Origin: an uncultured Acidimicrobiia bacterium
GTDB taxonomy: Bacteria > Actinomycetota > Acidimicrobiia > Spongiisociales > UBA5794
Reading direction: 5' to 3'
Assembly (NCBI GenBank): GCA_963792405.1
Contig: CAWBVU010000005.1
Coordinates: 355,668 to 419,667, forward strand
DNA length: 64,000 nucleotides
The translations under genes were made by a program, and so were the position numbers. The notes under the pieces are model-generated. The model saw only the letters and a program-made list of their open reading frames with translations. It was not told the DNA's origin and made no database searches. Positions within the stretch are counted from its first letter, which is position 1; each line of letters starts with the position of its first letter. Positions 1 through 10,156 of the stretch are shown here, one piece after another.

Positions 1-415
1 GTCCCCAGGTCGGGAGGGCGAGGACGAGCAGGAGCGCACCCCAGGCCATGAAGACGAGGAGCGCCTGGAGCGCGGGGGAAGTGCGGATGATCAGGCCGAG
101 CCTCGGGTGGGTGCCGAGGAACACGACGATGCCGAAGGCGATCACCATCTCACCGATGAACGCGGGCGTGCCCGGCACGTGGATCCATGCGAAGGCCTTG
201 TCGAAGAACAGGTAGCCCGCCAGGACGAACAGGATGGCCGTCTCGAGGCCATCGAAGCGTCGCCGATCCTTGAGCGTGGGAGCGAGGAGACCCGACGCCA
301 GCAGCGCGTGGTCATCTGCCCCGAGCCGGCGCCCGTTGCCGTTCGATCGGGTGGTCACGACGCCCGAGATGCCCGCGCCGATGAACGCGACGATCGTACC
401 GACCAGCACGATCAT
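1..415 (-). CDS. Integral membrane protein, partial; N-terminus near 415, C-terminus beyond the window edge
   Basis: Hand translation of the minus strand gives the hydrophobic run MIVLVGTIVAFIGAG...FGIVVFLGTHPRLGLIIR...LLVFMAWGALLLVLALPTWG with no stop down to position 1. The plus-strand ORF 107..580 is charged junk typical of antisense reading. Confidence 0.35.
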   Translation of the reverse strand, partial: MIVLVGTIVAFIGAGISGVVTTRSNGNGRRLGADDHALLASGLLAPTLKDRRRFDGLETAILFVLAGYLFFDKAFAWIHVPGTPAFIGEMVIAFGIVVFLGTHPRLGLIIRTSPALQALLVFMAWGALLLVLALPTWG

Positions 416-776
416 GGAGACGGGAGGGACCGAGACCGCGAGGATCACGGCGCACCCATCCGCGCCGGGGCGGACCGCCACGGGATCATGGCGACCGGAC
501 CATGTGGAGTGTCGTCGCCGATCACGACTTCCTGCCCCTCCGTCGCCGCTCAGCCCGTGCCCTCAGGCTCGCTAGTATAGCCGCGCACCTCCGGGGATGG
601 CACGCGCTTAAAGTGTTCAAATGGATGCTCTCCATACTCGGTGGGACGACACTTGGGGGACGAGGAGTGACACCGACCCACATCGACGATGCGTCGGCCG
701 CCACCGCCCCTGAGGGCTTCCGGGCGCTTCCCAACGTACGACAAGGGGCTTCGAACACGATGCCGAGGCAACCGCG

Positions 777-1553
777 ATGACGCCGCCGAAGGCGCCCGTC
801 GTCGGCACACCCGTGTCGCTCACCTCCTACGACGAGGTGATCGCCGCATTGGCCGAGCCCCCTGGAGACCGTGCGGCGACGGTGGCCGTGTGCAACGTCC
901 ACTCGGTGATGTCTGCCCGCAATGACGAACGATTGGCGAAGGCGATCGCAGGTGCAGATATCGCCACACCCGACGGAGTCCCGATCGTGTGGGCACTGCA
1001 GTGGACGACGGATCGGAGCGATCAGGAGCGGGTGTACGGGCCCGAGCTGATGCGGCGTGCGCTCCTCTCGTCCGACGGAGGTCTCCGCCACTACCTGTAT
1101 GGATCCACACCTGAGACCCTGGATCTGCTCCAACGCAGGATCAGCGAGCTCGCCCCCGGCGCCGAGGTGGTCGGCGCGGACTCCCCTCCGTTTCGACCAC
1201 TGACCGACGACGAGGAGGAGGCCGCGCTCGAACGCATCCGCACGAGCGGTGCCAACGTCGTGTGGATCGGGCTCGGCATGCCGAAGCAGGAGCTCTGGAT
1301 GGACAGCGTGGCTCCCCGCCTTCCCGGCGTCACCCTCGTCGGCGTGGGTGCCGCGTTCGACTTCATCGCAGGCACGAAGGCCCAGGCACCACCATGGATG
1401 CAGAAGGCAGGGCTCGAGTGGTTGTTCAGGCTGGTCCACGAGCCCCGACGCCTGTGGCGACGCTACATCTGGAACAACCCCGCCTACCTCGTCCTGCTCG
1501 CCCGTCAGGTCGTCACATCACGCCTGACCTCCCGCCGACGGGGAGCCGACTGA
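777..1553 (+). CDS. WecB/TagA/CpsF-family glycosyltransferase (ManNAc-type transferase)
   Basis: 258 aa with family-typical motifs (YGPELMRR, WIGLGMPKQELWM, FRLVHEPRRLWRRY). First gene of a glycan locus. Confidence 0.8.
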   Translation: MTPPKAPVVGTPVSLTSYDEVIAALAEPPGDRAATVAVCNVHSVMSARNDERLAKAIAGADIATPDGVPIVWALQWTTDRSDQERVYGPELMRRALLSSDGGLRHYLYGSTPETLDLLQRRISELAPGAEVVGADSPPFRPLTDDEEEAALERIRTSGANVVWIGLGMPKQELWMDSVAPRLPGVTLVGVGAAFDFIAGTKAQAPPWMQKAGLEWLFRLVHEPRRLWRRYIWNNPAYLVLLARQVVTSRLTSRRRGAD

Positions 1554-1645
1554 CCCATGGCACCGGTGCGATCCGTGGACCGATGTCGCAGAGGCCCCGC
1601 CGAAGGCCAGGTGGGGCCATGCCGAGGCGTCGAGGGACGAACATC

Positions 1646-2842
1646 ATGAAGGTGGTCGTCTGCCACAACTACTTCCGCGAGCGTGGCGGCGAGGATCAGG
1701 TGTTCGAGGACGAGGTCGCGTTGCTGCGATCCGGCGGCCACGAGGTCATCGAGTACGTCAAGCGGAACAAGGAGATGACCGGGCCCCAGGTCGTGGGCTC
1801 CGCCATCCGAGCCCCGTGGAACACGACGTCGTACCGCGACGTGCGACGCATCGTGCAGGAGTCGGGCGCCGACATCGTCCACATCCACAACACGCTGCCG
1901 CAGCTGTCGCCCGCCGTGTTCAAGGCGGCACGCGACGGGGGAGCCGCCGTCGTCCACACCCTCCACAACTACCGATGGGCGTGCCCGAAGGGCATCCTGT
2001 TCAGGGAGGGGAAGGCATGCGAGGAGTGCCTCGGGCGGACGGTTCCGTGGCCGGCGGTCCGACACGGGTGCTACCGCGACAGCCGGACCGGGTCCGCCGT
2101 GGTGGCGACGACGCTCGCCGTGCACAACGCCCTCGGCACACCGCAGAGCGCAGACGCGTACGTCGCGGCGGGCACGTTCATCAAGGAGAAGATGACCGAG
2201 GCGGGCCTTCCCGGGGATCGCATCTACGTCAAACCCAACTTCCTCGATCCGGATCCGGGGGCCGGAGGGGGGACGGGTGACTACGCGATGTACCTCGGCC
2301 GCCTCTCACCGGAGAAGCGGATCGACACGCTCCTCGCCGCATGGGAACTGCTCCCCGAGCCGATCCCCCTGAAGATCTCCGGTGACGGGCCGCTGCGCCC
2401 CATGGTGGAGGCCGCGGCGGCAACGCACCCGCACATCGAGTACCTCGGCTTCGCCCCGAAGGACGACGTGAACCGCCTCCTCGGGGAGGCGCGGGTGCTC
2501 GTGTTCACGTCCGGCACCTACGAGGCACAGCCCCTGACGATCCTCGAGACGTTCGCCAAGGGCACGCCCGTCATCGCGGGACGCCTCGGGGCGATGCAGG
2601 GGATGATCGAACCGGGGCGGACAGGATGGCTGTTCGAGCCCGGCGATGCCGCAGACCTCGCCCGCGTCGTCACCGAGGCCTTCGCCTCACCTTCCCTCCT
2701 CGCCTCGTTGCGCCCCCAGGTGCGCGACCATTTCGAATCGACCTACACGATCGCTAAGAACCTCGATCGACTGGTCGATATATACGGGCACGCGATCGAT
2801 CATCGCAACCAACGGACAGCGGACATGGGGAGTGGCAGATGA
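1646..2842 (+). CDS. GT4-family glycosyltransferase with N-terminal Cys-rich motif
   Basis: Start MKVVVCHNYFRERGGEDQ with a GAGGGA RBS about 10 nt upstream. Contains HNYR, CPKG...CEEC and a C-terminal GT4 fold (EAQPLTILETFAKGTPVIAG). The upstream part of ORF 1262..2842 is non-coding. Confidence 0.8.
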   Translation: MKVVVCHNYFRERGGEDQVFEDEVALLRSGGHEVIEYVKRNKEMTGPQVVGSAIRAPWNTTSYRDVRRIVQESGADIVHIHNTLPQLSPAVFKAARDGGAAVVHTLHNYRWACPKGILFREGKACEECLGRTVPWPAVRHGCYRDSRTGSAVVATTLAVHNALGTPQSADAYVAAGTFIKEKMTEAGLPGDRIYVKPNFLDPDPGAGGGTGDYAMYLGRLSPEKRIDTLLAAWELLPEPIPLKISGDGPLRPMVEAAAATHPHIEYLGFAPKDDVNRLLGEARVLVFTSGTYEAQPLTILETFAKGTPVIAGRLGAMQGMIEPGRTGWLFEPGDAADLARVVTEAFASPSLLASLRPQVRDHFESTYTIAKNLDRLVDIYGHAIDHRNQRTADMGSGR

Positions 2843-3579
2843 GAGCAGTGATCCTGGCGGGCGGCAAGGGCACACGCCTTGCGCCCTACACCATCACCTT
2901 CCCGAAACCGCTCGTCCCCGTCGGTGACATGCCGATCCTCGAGATCGTGATCCGTCAGCTGAGCGCTGCGGGCTTCGACCACGTGACCCTGGCCGTGGGC
3001 CATCTCGCCGAGCTCATCGAGGCGTACTTCGGGGATGGCAGCCGTTGGGGCATCACCATCGACTACTCCCGGGAGGACCAACCCCTCGGCACGGTCGCAC
3101 CGATCAAGCTGATCCCCGACCTTCCCGAGCACTTCCTGGTGATGAACGGCGACGTGCTCACCAGCCTGCCGTATCGCTCACTGTTCGACGGCCACGTCAC
3201 CTCGGGTGCGCAGTTCACGATCGCCGTCCACCGCCTCAACGTGCAGATCGACTACGGCCTGATCGAGTTCGACGGTCGCCTGAGGGTGACCGGGTATCGG
3301 GAGAAGCCCACGTTCCCCGGCGACGTGTCGATGGGCGTGTATGTGTTCTCGCGGGAGGCACTCGATCTCATCCCCGAGGGGGAGTACATGGACATCCCGA
3401 CGCTCGTGACGAGGCTGGTCGCGGAGGGCCGCGAGGTGAGGGCATCACTGACGGACTGCCGGTGGCTCGACATCGGTCGCCAGGAGGACTACGCACGGGC
3501 CATCGCCTCGTTCGACACCCTGCGGGCCGAGTTCCTTCCCATCACCGAGACGTCCACCGCGGGAGAGGAGACCACATGA
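2839..3579 (+). CDS. Sugar-phosphate nucleotidyltransferase (NTP_transferase family)
   Basis: MRAVILAGGKGTRLAPYT...PKPLVPVG motif. ATGA overlap with the upstream gene suggests translational coupling. Confidence 0.8.
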   Translation: MRAVILAGGKGTRLAPYTITFPKPLVPVGDMPILEIVIRQLSAAGFDHVTLAVGHLAELIEAYFGDGSRWGITIDYSREDQPLGTVAPIKLIPDLPEHFLVMNGDVLTSLPYRSLFDGHVTSGAQFTIAVHRLNVQIDYGLIEFDGRLRVTGYREKPTFPGDVSMGVYVFSREALDLIPEGEYMDIPTLVTRLVAEGREVRASLTDCRWLDIGRQEDYARAIASFDTLRAEFLPITETSTAGEETT

Positions 3580-4538
3580 ACGTCCTCGTCATCGGAGGTG
3601 CGGGCTACGTCGGCTCTCCCCTCGTGTACCAGCTCTGGCGCGACGGCCACTCGGTGACCGTCCTCGACGTGCTGATGTTCGGAGGCGAGTCGCTGCTGCC
3701 CCTCGCCGGGGAAGACCGCTTCCGCCTGGTCGCGGGCGACCTGAGGTCCGAGGCCGTGCTCGACGAGGTGGTACCCGGACAGGATGCGATCGTGCTCCTC
3801 GGCGCCATCGTCGGCGAGCCTGCGAGCAACCGCGACCCCGAGCTGACGGTCTCGACGAACCTGCACGGCTCGGTGGCGGTCCTCGATGCCGCCAAGCGGC
3901 ACGGCGTGCCGAGGTTCGTGTTCGCCAGCACGTGCAGCAACTACGGCATCTCCGACGCCGACGGTCCCATCGCGGAGGACGCTCCGCTCATGCCCCTGTC
4001 GCCCTACTCCGAGACGAAGGTCGCCGCCGAGGAGATCATCATCGGCGCTGCGGGCGACGGCTTCCACCCCACGGTGCTGAGGCTCTCGACGGCGTTCGGG
4101 CTCTCTCCCCGCATGAGGTTCGACCTGCTCGTCTCCGACTTCACCGCCGCCGCCATCAACGACGGGAAGATCGTCATCTTCGGGGAGCAGTTCTGGCGGC
4201 CCTTCGTGCACGTCCAGGACATCGCCAAGGCCATCCGCCTCGTCCTCGAGGCGGACCCGGGGCTCGTGTCCGGTGAGGTCTTCAACGTGGGTTCGAATCC
4301 GAACAACGTGCAGAAGCAGACACTCGGCGAGGCGGTCCAGCGTTTGGTGCCGGGCACGGAGCTCGAGTTCGTCGTCCGCACCGAGGACCCGCGCTCGTAC
4401 CGCGTCGACTTCACCAAGATCGGCGAGGTCCTCGGGTTCACGGCCGACTGGTCCGTCGACGATGGGATCCGCGAACTCGCCGTCGCCCTCGAGCAGGGGG
4501 TCTTCAAGGACGTCGGCGATCCCCGCTACCACAACTGA
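3576..4538 (+). CDS. NAD-dependent epimerase/dehydratase (SDR family)
   Basis: MNVLVIGGAGYVGS Rossmann motif and YSETK catalytic motif. ATGA overlap with the nucleotidyltransferase. The true start is inside ORF 3045..4538. Confidence 0.8.
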   Translation: MNVLVIGGAGYVGSPLVYQLWRDGHSVTVLDVLMFGGESLLPLAGEDRFRLVAGDLRSEAVLDEVVPGQDAIVLLGAIVGEPASNRDPELTVSTNLHGSVAVLDAAKRHGVPRFVFASTCSNYGISDADGPIAEDAPLMPLSPYSETKVAAEEIIIGAAGDGFHPTVLRLSTAFGLSPRMRFDLLVSDFTAAAINDGKIVIFGEQFWRPFVHVQDIAKAIRLVLEADPGLVSGEVFNVGSNPNNVQKQTLGEAVQRLVPGTELEFVVRTEDPRSYRVDFTKIGEVLGFTADWSVDDGIRELAVALEQGVFKDVGDPRYHN

Positions 4539-4540
4539 CC

Positions 4541-5767
4541 GTGGAGGCCCACACGATGCCGACGTCATCTGACATCGTCGTGATCGGAGGTGGCCTCGTC
4601 GGCCTCGCCACCGCCCACGCGCTCGCATCGAGCGCACCGGACGCCTCGATCACGGTGGTGGAGGCGGAGGGGGGCGTCGCACGACATCAGTCCGGCCGCA
4701 ACAGCGGGGTCCTGCACTCGGGTGTCTACTACGCGCCGGGTTCACACAAGGCGACGATGTGCACCGACGGGCGGCGTCGCATGGAGGCGTTCTGCGACGA
4801 GCACGGCGTCCGGTGGGAGCGCACGGGGAAACTGATCATCGCAACCCGCCCCGAGGAGGTCGAGCAGCTCGATGGCCTGCTCGCCCGTGGTCGCGCCAAC
4901 GGCCTCGACGGGCTCGAGATCGTCGACGAGGCAGGGATCCGGGCCATCGAGCCCCACGCGACAGGCCTTGCGGCCCTCGTGGTGCCGCAGGCGGGGATCG
5001 TGGACTACAACGGCGTCGCCCACCGGCTCGTCGACCTCCTTCGCTCGTCGGGTGACACGGTGCTGACCGGCTTCCGCGTCGCCGCCATCGATCGCACCGT
5101 CGAGGGCTTCGTCCTCACCTCCGATCGCGGCGATCGCGTCACGGCCGGCTACCTCGTCAACTGTGCGGGCCTCCATTCCGATCGCATCGCCCGGATGGCG
5201 GGAGCGGATCCTTCCGTGCAGATCGTGCCCTTCCGGGGCGAGTACTACGTCCTCGACCCGTCACGAGCCCACCTCGTGCGCAGCCTCGTCTACCCCGTGC
5301 CGGATCCCCGGTTCCCGTTCCTCGGCGTGCACTTCACACGGCGGATCGACGGGAGCGTGGAGGTGGGGCCCAACGCCGTGCTCGCGCTGGGTCGGCATCA
5401 CTACCGGGGCGAGGGAGGCGCCAACCTCCGCGATACCCGCGAGATGATCGGTTCGAGGGCTCTGTGGGCGCTCGGGCGGAAGTACTGGCGCACCGGCTCG
5501 AAGGAGGCGATCCGCTCCAAGAGCAAACGCCTCTATGCGAAGGCGGCGAAGGCGCTCATCCCAGAGGTCGAGGCGAGTGACCTGCGCAGGGGCGGCTCGG
5601 GGATCCGTGCCCAGGCCCTCGGTGACCACGGTGCACTCCTCGACGACTTCGCCCTCGAGCAGACCGAGCGCGCCCTCCACGTGCTCAACGCCCCGTCACC
5701 GGCGGCCACCGCGAGCCTGACGATCGGCAGGGAGATCGCCGACCGGGTGCTCGCCGCGACCCGCTGA
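4541..5767 (+). CDS. FAD-dependent oxidoreductase (L-2-hydroxyglutarate oxidase LhgO-like)
   Basis: DIVVIGGGLVGLATA dinucleotide-binding motif; 408 aa. The real start may be the Met at 4556. Confidence 0.7.
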   Translation: MEAHTMPTSSDIVVIGGGLVGLATAHALASSAPDASITVVEAEGGVARHQSGRNSGVLHSGVYYAPGSHKATMCTDGRRRMEAFCDEHGVRWERTGKLIIATRPEEVEQLDGLLARGRANGLDGLEIVDEAGIRAIEPHATGLAALVVPQAGIVDYNGVAHRLVDLLRSSGDTVLTGFRVAAIDRTVEGFVLTSDRGDRVTAGYLVNCAGLHSDRIARMAGADPSVQIVPFRGEYYVLDPSRAHLVRSLVYPVPDPRFPFLGVHFTRRIDGSVEVGPNAVLALGRHHYRGEGGANLRDTREMIGSRALWALGRKYWRTGSKEAIRSKSKRLYAKAAKALIPEVEASDLRRGGSGIRAQALGDHGALLDDFALEQTERALHVLNAPSPAATASLTIGREIADRVLAATR

Positions 5768-5782
5768 GCGGCCGCACGGGCC

Positions 5783-6952
5783 TCAGGGCCGCTGGGGCCC
5801 CCCGGTCACGACCTCCTCATAGACGCCCTCGAGCCTGGCGAGGGCTGAAGGCACGGCATAGGTCGTCTCGTAGCGTCGGCGCGCCTCGGCTCCTGCCGCG
5901 TCGACGTGCCCATCGTCGGACAGGCCCCTGATGGCCTCCACCCACTCGTCGAGCGATCCGGGCTTTGTGAGCTGCGCGGCCCCTGCATCACCCGTCACCT
6001 CCCGTCGCGGACCCAGGTCGTTGGCCACCACCGGAACCCCGGCGGCGAGTGCCTCGACGAGGCTGAGGCCCAGCGTCTCGTAGTAGAGGGAGGGGAACAC
6101 GAGCGCCCTCGCCGATCGGAGCGTCTCCATCACCGCCGCATGGTCGAGCCAGCCGATGAACCGCACGCCTCGGATCCTGCGCTCGTCGAACGTCGAGAGC
6201 ATCGGACCGGTCCCGATCACGGTGAGCTCGAGATCACTGCCCGCCTGCTGCCAGGCGTCGAGCAGCAGGTCGAGGCCCTTCCCCTCCGCGATCCTCCCGA
6301 TGTACACGACCTCGTCGGATTCCGACGGTGCGTTGAGGCGAGGACCAGGATCAGGGATGAGCGGAGGGACCACACGTATGCGATCCCCGGGGATGCCGGA
6401 GCGCTCGAGGACGGCACCGGCGAAGTCGCTCGTGACGATGAAGCGATCGACGTTGCGCGTCCAGGTGCCGAGCGACCGGTTGAGGGCGATCGTGGTGGCG
6501 GCGACGAGCGATTCGGCCGCCGAGCCCCTGTAACAGCGATGCGCGACGGCACTCCACGGATGGGATCCGACGCAGTCGGTGCAGGGTGCGCCATCACGCC
6601 ACAGCACACCGTTCGCACAGACGAGGCGGTAGTTGTGGACCGTCATCACGACGGGCACGTCGGCCCTCCCGAGCGCGGAGAAGACGGATGGCGTCCACCG
6701 GTACCACGTGTTGTGGACATGGGCGATGTCGGGCCGATGGTCCGACAGGAGCCGGCCGATGGTGCGAGCACCCCCGGGACCCCACGGGGCGAGGGGAAGG
6801 AGCCTCATCTGATCGAGGCGGGAGGACGGATTGGAGGTGCGAGCCCCGACGACCGTGTGGCCATCAGCCCTGAGTGCATCGGCTTCGATCTCGACGAGGC
6901 GGTCCTCACCCCCGTGCTGGAGGTAGAGGTTGTGGACCTGCAGGACACGCAT
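5783..6952 (-). CDS. GT4-family glycosyltransferase, paralog of 1646..2842
   Basis: MRVLQVHNLYLQHGGED, HNYRLVCANG...CTDC and GT4 C-terminal motifs. Same unusual Cys-rich N-terminus as the gene at 1646. Confidence 0.8.
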   Translation of the reverse strand: MRVLQVHNLYLQHGGEDRLVEIEADALRADGHTVVGARTSNPSSRLDQMRLLPLAPWGPGGARTIGRLLSDHRPDIAHVHNTWYRWTPSVFSALGRADVPVVMTVHNYRLVCANGVLWRDGAPCTDCVGSHPWSAVAHRCYRGSAAESLVAATTIALNRSLGTWTRNVDRFIVTSDFAGAVLERSGIPGDRIRVVPPLIPDPGPRLNAPSESDEVVYIGRIAEGKGLDLLLDAWQQAGSDLELTVIGTGPMLSTFDERRIRGVRFIGWLDHAAVMETLRSARALVFPSLYYETLGLSLVEALAAGVPVVANDLGPRREVTGDAGAAQLTKPGSLDEWVEAIRGLSDDGHVDAAGAEARRRYETTYAVPSALARLEGVYEEVVTGGPQRP

Positions 6953-7012
6953 ATCGATCCGCTACCTCGCTCCCTCCGACATCACTCGCCATGGGGACCG
7001 GGCGACGCGCTG

Positions 7013-10000
7013 CTACCCAAGCCCCATCTGGCCGGAGATCGGCAGCCAGTTGGAGAGGCCCCCGACCCATTGCGCATCGGCCACTCCCGCCGTATTGGTG
7101 TATCGGAAGTACATCGTCGTGGTTGAGGGGCGGAACAGCGCAGGCGAGAAGATCGAGTCGCCCGTCCAGTCACCCGCGACGAGCCGATCGTCGGGGTCGC
7201 CGTAGATGAACTGGTTGTCCGCGTTGCCCTGCGTGTGGGAATTGCGGAAGTACACCAGCCCGGTCGACTCACGATGCAACCCGACCGTCTCGGTCCCGTT
7301 CCCATCGAAGTCACCCACGAACGGTTTGTCCCCGGGATTCCCGAACACGTACGAGAAGTCCGCCGCCCCCAGTCCGCCATCGTTGGCACCGAGCTTGTTG
7401 ATGATGTAGAACGTCTGGTTCGACGGACGGTAGATCGACACCGTGTCACAGCCGTCACCGTCGAAGTCACCCGCGATCGGGACATCACCGGGATTCCCGA
7501 AGAAGAACCTGATGTCACCCGGTCCCTGCGTGTTCGTGTCCCTCAGGTACACGTACCCGTCGGACTGGCGGTACATGCCGGGCGTCTCGATCCCATCACA
7601 GTTCCAGTCACCGTAGATGGGGTAGTCGCCTGGGTTCCCGAAGTAGAACTGGGCGGCGAGGGCGCCGGCGCTGTTGTACAGATGCCAGAGGCCCTGCGTC
7701 GGGTCGACGAGGCCGACCGTGTCGCCGCCTCCGCCAACGGGCCCCATGCCCTGGATGGACACGGCCGCGGTCCCGAGGCCGGTACCCGCCTCGTCGGCCA
7801 CGTTCGCGGACACCAGATACAGGCCCTCCTGGCCATATGCATGGGTCCGTTCGAAGGTCCGCGTTCCGACAGGCGACACGGCGAAGGAGGTCTGCGTGCC
7901 ATCACCCCAGGAGAGCACGACGTTGTGGATGTCGGCGACCCCGGGGTCGGTGAAGGTGACCTTCGCGGTGACGGACTCGTTCGTGGTGAACTCGAACGAA
8001 GGCACACCGCCTGTCTTCGAGGTTGCGACGGAGACTGTCGGCACGACGTTGTCGTTGTCGAGGATCGACCCCGTTGCCGTGGCATCGACGATGGCGGCGA
8101 GCGTGTTCGGCGACAGCTCGAGCGTGAGGGTCTCGGTGATCTCGTCGACGGCGTCGTCGACGATCGGGACCGACGACCTGCTGCGGAGCCCCTCCCGGCG
8201 AGGAAGGTCAGCACGCCCGGTGGTGGGTGTGAAATCGGCGCCTGCCACGGCCGTTCCTCCCACGGCGGTGTAGGTCACCGTCGCCGTCTGGCCGGACGCA
8301 GGCGACAGCACGACGGTGAAGGCGACACCCGCGCTTCCCTCGGCCGCGGGCTGGGCGTCGAGGACCGACAGACCGGCAGGCCCGTCGTCGTCGACGATGT
8401 TCATGGTGTGGCTGGGGTTCGCTCCGATGGCTCCACCGGCGGACAGGGAAGCGGGTTGGAGCGTCAGGGTGATCGTCTCGTTCGGCTCATCCGTCGTATC
8501 GGCGAGGATGGTCACCGGCACGTTCACGATTGCCCCGCTCGCGGAACCTGTCGGGAAGCTCACGAGGAACGGCGACGTGAACTGGAAGTCGATGCCCAGT
8601 GTGGCGCTCGTGGCGGTCAGCGCAGCCTGCACGGTTGCGGGCGACGCAAGCGTCCGTCCCGCTCCGATCGTGAGCACCACAGGGACGTTGACGACGGTCG
8701 ATCCCACCTGCCCTTCATCAGGAGAACTCGTGGGTGACTGGAAGGTGACACTGAAGTCGTCGTCAGTGATGTTGGCCGTCACCGACGCCACGACCGCACC
8801 GTCATACCCGCCACCCGAAGCCGCATGCGTGATCGTCCCCGCGTGAGGTGTGGCCTCGATGGCGGTGTCATTCACTGCCGTGACCGTCACCGTCTGAGCG
8901 CTACTCCAGTTCGCCGTCGTAAACGACAACGACGGCACCGACGTCGTCACCTGCGCATTCGGACTGATGGAAACCGTCACCGTCGACGACGGCTGAGAGT
9001 TCAGCCTCACCGTATACGAACCGGTCGCGCCCCCCTCGGCCACCGCCACCGACGAAACCGACACCGTCACACCGATGCTGTCGTTGTCCGTGATGTTCGC
9101 CGTCACCGACGCCACACCCACACCGTCATACCCGCCACCCGAAGCCGCATGCGTGATCGTCCCCGTATGCGCACCCTCAGCGACCGCATCGTCCACCGCC
9201 GTGACCGTCACCGTCTGAGCGCTACTCCAGTTCGCCGTCGTAAACGACAACGACGGCACCGACGTCGTCACCTGCGCATTCGGACTGATGGAAACCGTCA
9301 CCGTCGACGACGGCTGAGAGTTCAGCCTCACCGTATACGAACCGGTCGCGCCCCCCTCGGCCACCGCCACCGACGAAACCGACACCGTCACACCGATGCT
9401 GTCGTTGTCCGTGATGTTCGCCGTCACCGACGCCACACCCACACCGTCATACCCGCCACCCGAAGCCGCATGCGTGATCGTCCCCGTATGCGCACCCTCA
9501 GCGACCGCATCGTCCACCGCCGTGACCGTCACCGTCTGAGCGCTACTCCAGTTCGCCGTCGTAAACGACAACGACGGCACCGACGTCGTCACCTGCGCAT
9601 TCGGACTGATGGAAACCGTCACCGTCGACGACGGCTGAGAGTTCAGCCTCACCGTATACGAACCGGTCGCGCCCCCCTCGGCCACCGCCACCGACGAAAC
9701 CGACACCGTCACACCGATGCTGTCGTTGTCCGTGATGTTCGCCGTCACCGACGCCACACCCACACCGTCATACCCGCCACCCGAAGCCGCATGCGTGATC
9801 GTCCCCGTATGCGCACCCTCAGCGACCGCATCGTCCACCGCCGTCACCGTCACCGTCTGGGGGACATCCCAGTCCCCCGTCGTGAAGGTCAGCGACGGCT
9901 TGTCCACCGTCACCTGTGCATCCGGCGAAACCGAAATCGTCACGGTGTCGGTGGGGAGCTCGAGAAGAACGACGTCATACGAATCCGTCCCGCCCTCCGT

Positions 10001-10156
10001 CATGGCGAGGGGCGAGCCTGTTACCGAGACACCGGGCACAGCGCGCGCGGGGTCGGGTGGGGCGATGGCGATCAGGGAGGCGACCAGGCCGAAGATGAGG
10101 GCGAGGCGCAGGCTGGCGGACACGCCAATGCGGTGGAACGGCGGTGTCTTGGTCAT
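7013..10156 (-). CDS. Large secreted cell-surface repeat protein (signal peptide, Calx-beta/Ig-like tandem repeats, FG-GAP-like repeats)
   Basis: 1047 aa. N-terminal signal MTKTPPFHRIGVSASLRLALIFGLVASLIAIAPPDPARA. Three identical 107-aa repeats (VAEGAHTGTITHAASGGGYDGV...TVTAVDDA) plus diverged flanking copies. The C-terminal half carries five FGNPGD.P..GDWDGDG..T.G.YR blades. Confidence 0.8.
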   Translation of the reverse strand: MTKTPPFHRIGVSASLRLALIFGLVASLIAIAPPDPARAVPGVSVTGSPLAMTEGGTDSYDVVLLELPTDTVTISVSPDAQVTVDKPSLTFTTGDWDVPQTVTVTAVDDAVAEGAHTGTITHAASGGGYDGVGVASVTANITDNDSIGVTVSVSSVAVAEGGATGSYTVRLNSQPSSTVTVSISPNAQVTTSVPSLSFTTANWSSAQTVTVTAVDDAVAEGAHTGTITHAASGGGYDGVGVASVTANITDNDSIGVTVSVSSVAVAEGGATGSYTVRLNSQPSSTVTVSISPNAQVTTSVPSLSFTTANWSSAQTVTVTAVDDAVAEGAHTGTITHAASGGGYDGVGVASVTANITDNDSIGVTVSVSSVAVAEGGATGSYTVRLNSQPSSTVTVSISPNAQVTTSVPSLSFTTANWSSAQTVTVTAVNDTAIEATPHAGTITHAASGGGYDGAVVASVTANITDDDFSVTFQSPTSSPDEGQVGSTVVNVPVVLTIGAGRTLASPATVQAALTATSATLGIDFQFTSPFLVSFPTGSASGAIVNVPVTILADTTDEPNETITLTLQPASLSAGGAIGANPSHTMNIVDDDGPAGLSVLDAQPAAEGSAGVAFTVVLSPASGQTATVTYTAVGGTAVAGADFTPTTGRADLPRREGLRSRSSVPIVDDAVDEITETLTLELSPNTLAAIVDATATGSILDNDNVVPTVSVATSKTGGVPSFEFTTNESVTAKVTFTDPGVADIHNVVLSWGDGTQTSFAVSPVGTRTFERTHAYGQEGLYLVSANVADEAGTGLGTAAVSIQGMGPVGGGGDTVGLVDPTQGLWHLYNSAGALAAQFYFGNPGDYPIYGDWNCDGIETPGMYRQSDGYVYLRDTNTQGPGDIRFFFGNPGDVPIAGDFDGDGCDTVSIYRPSNQTFYIINKLGANDGGLGAADFSYVFGNPGDKPFVGDFDGNGTETVGLHRESTGLVYFRNSHTQGNADNQFIYGDPDDRLVAGDWTGDSIFSPALFRPSTTTMYFRYTNTAGVADAQWVGGLSNWLPISGQMGLG
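8880..9850. repeat. Perfect in-frame tandem repeat, 321 bp x ~3, inside the surface-protein gene
   Basis: Identical DNA blocks (e.g. ctgagcgctactccagttcgccgtcgtaaacgacaacgacgg recurs at ~8894, ~9214 and ~9536). Likely copy-number hot-spot. Confidence 0.85.

Noticed and set aside
107-580. Plus-strand ORF 107..580 (157 aa)
   Set aside because: The translation is charged, low-complexity (DDAEGDHH..., RDRDRED), typical of antisense reading of a GC-rich membrane-protein gene. The minus strand gives a clean hydrophobic protein.
3489-4637. Long antisense ORFs (3489..4637-, 5906..7126+, 10232..11500+, 16544..17701-, 24338..25699-, 37356..38414-, 42278..43735-, 49596..51971 N-terminal part)
   Set aside because: Each lies opposite a gene with clear family motifs. 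High GC suppresses stop codons, and the translations are Arg/Gly/Pro-rich junk.
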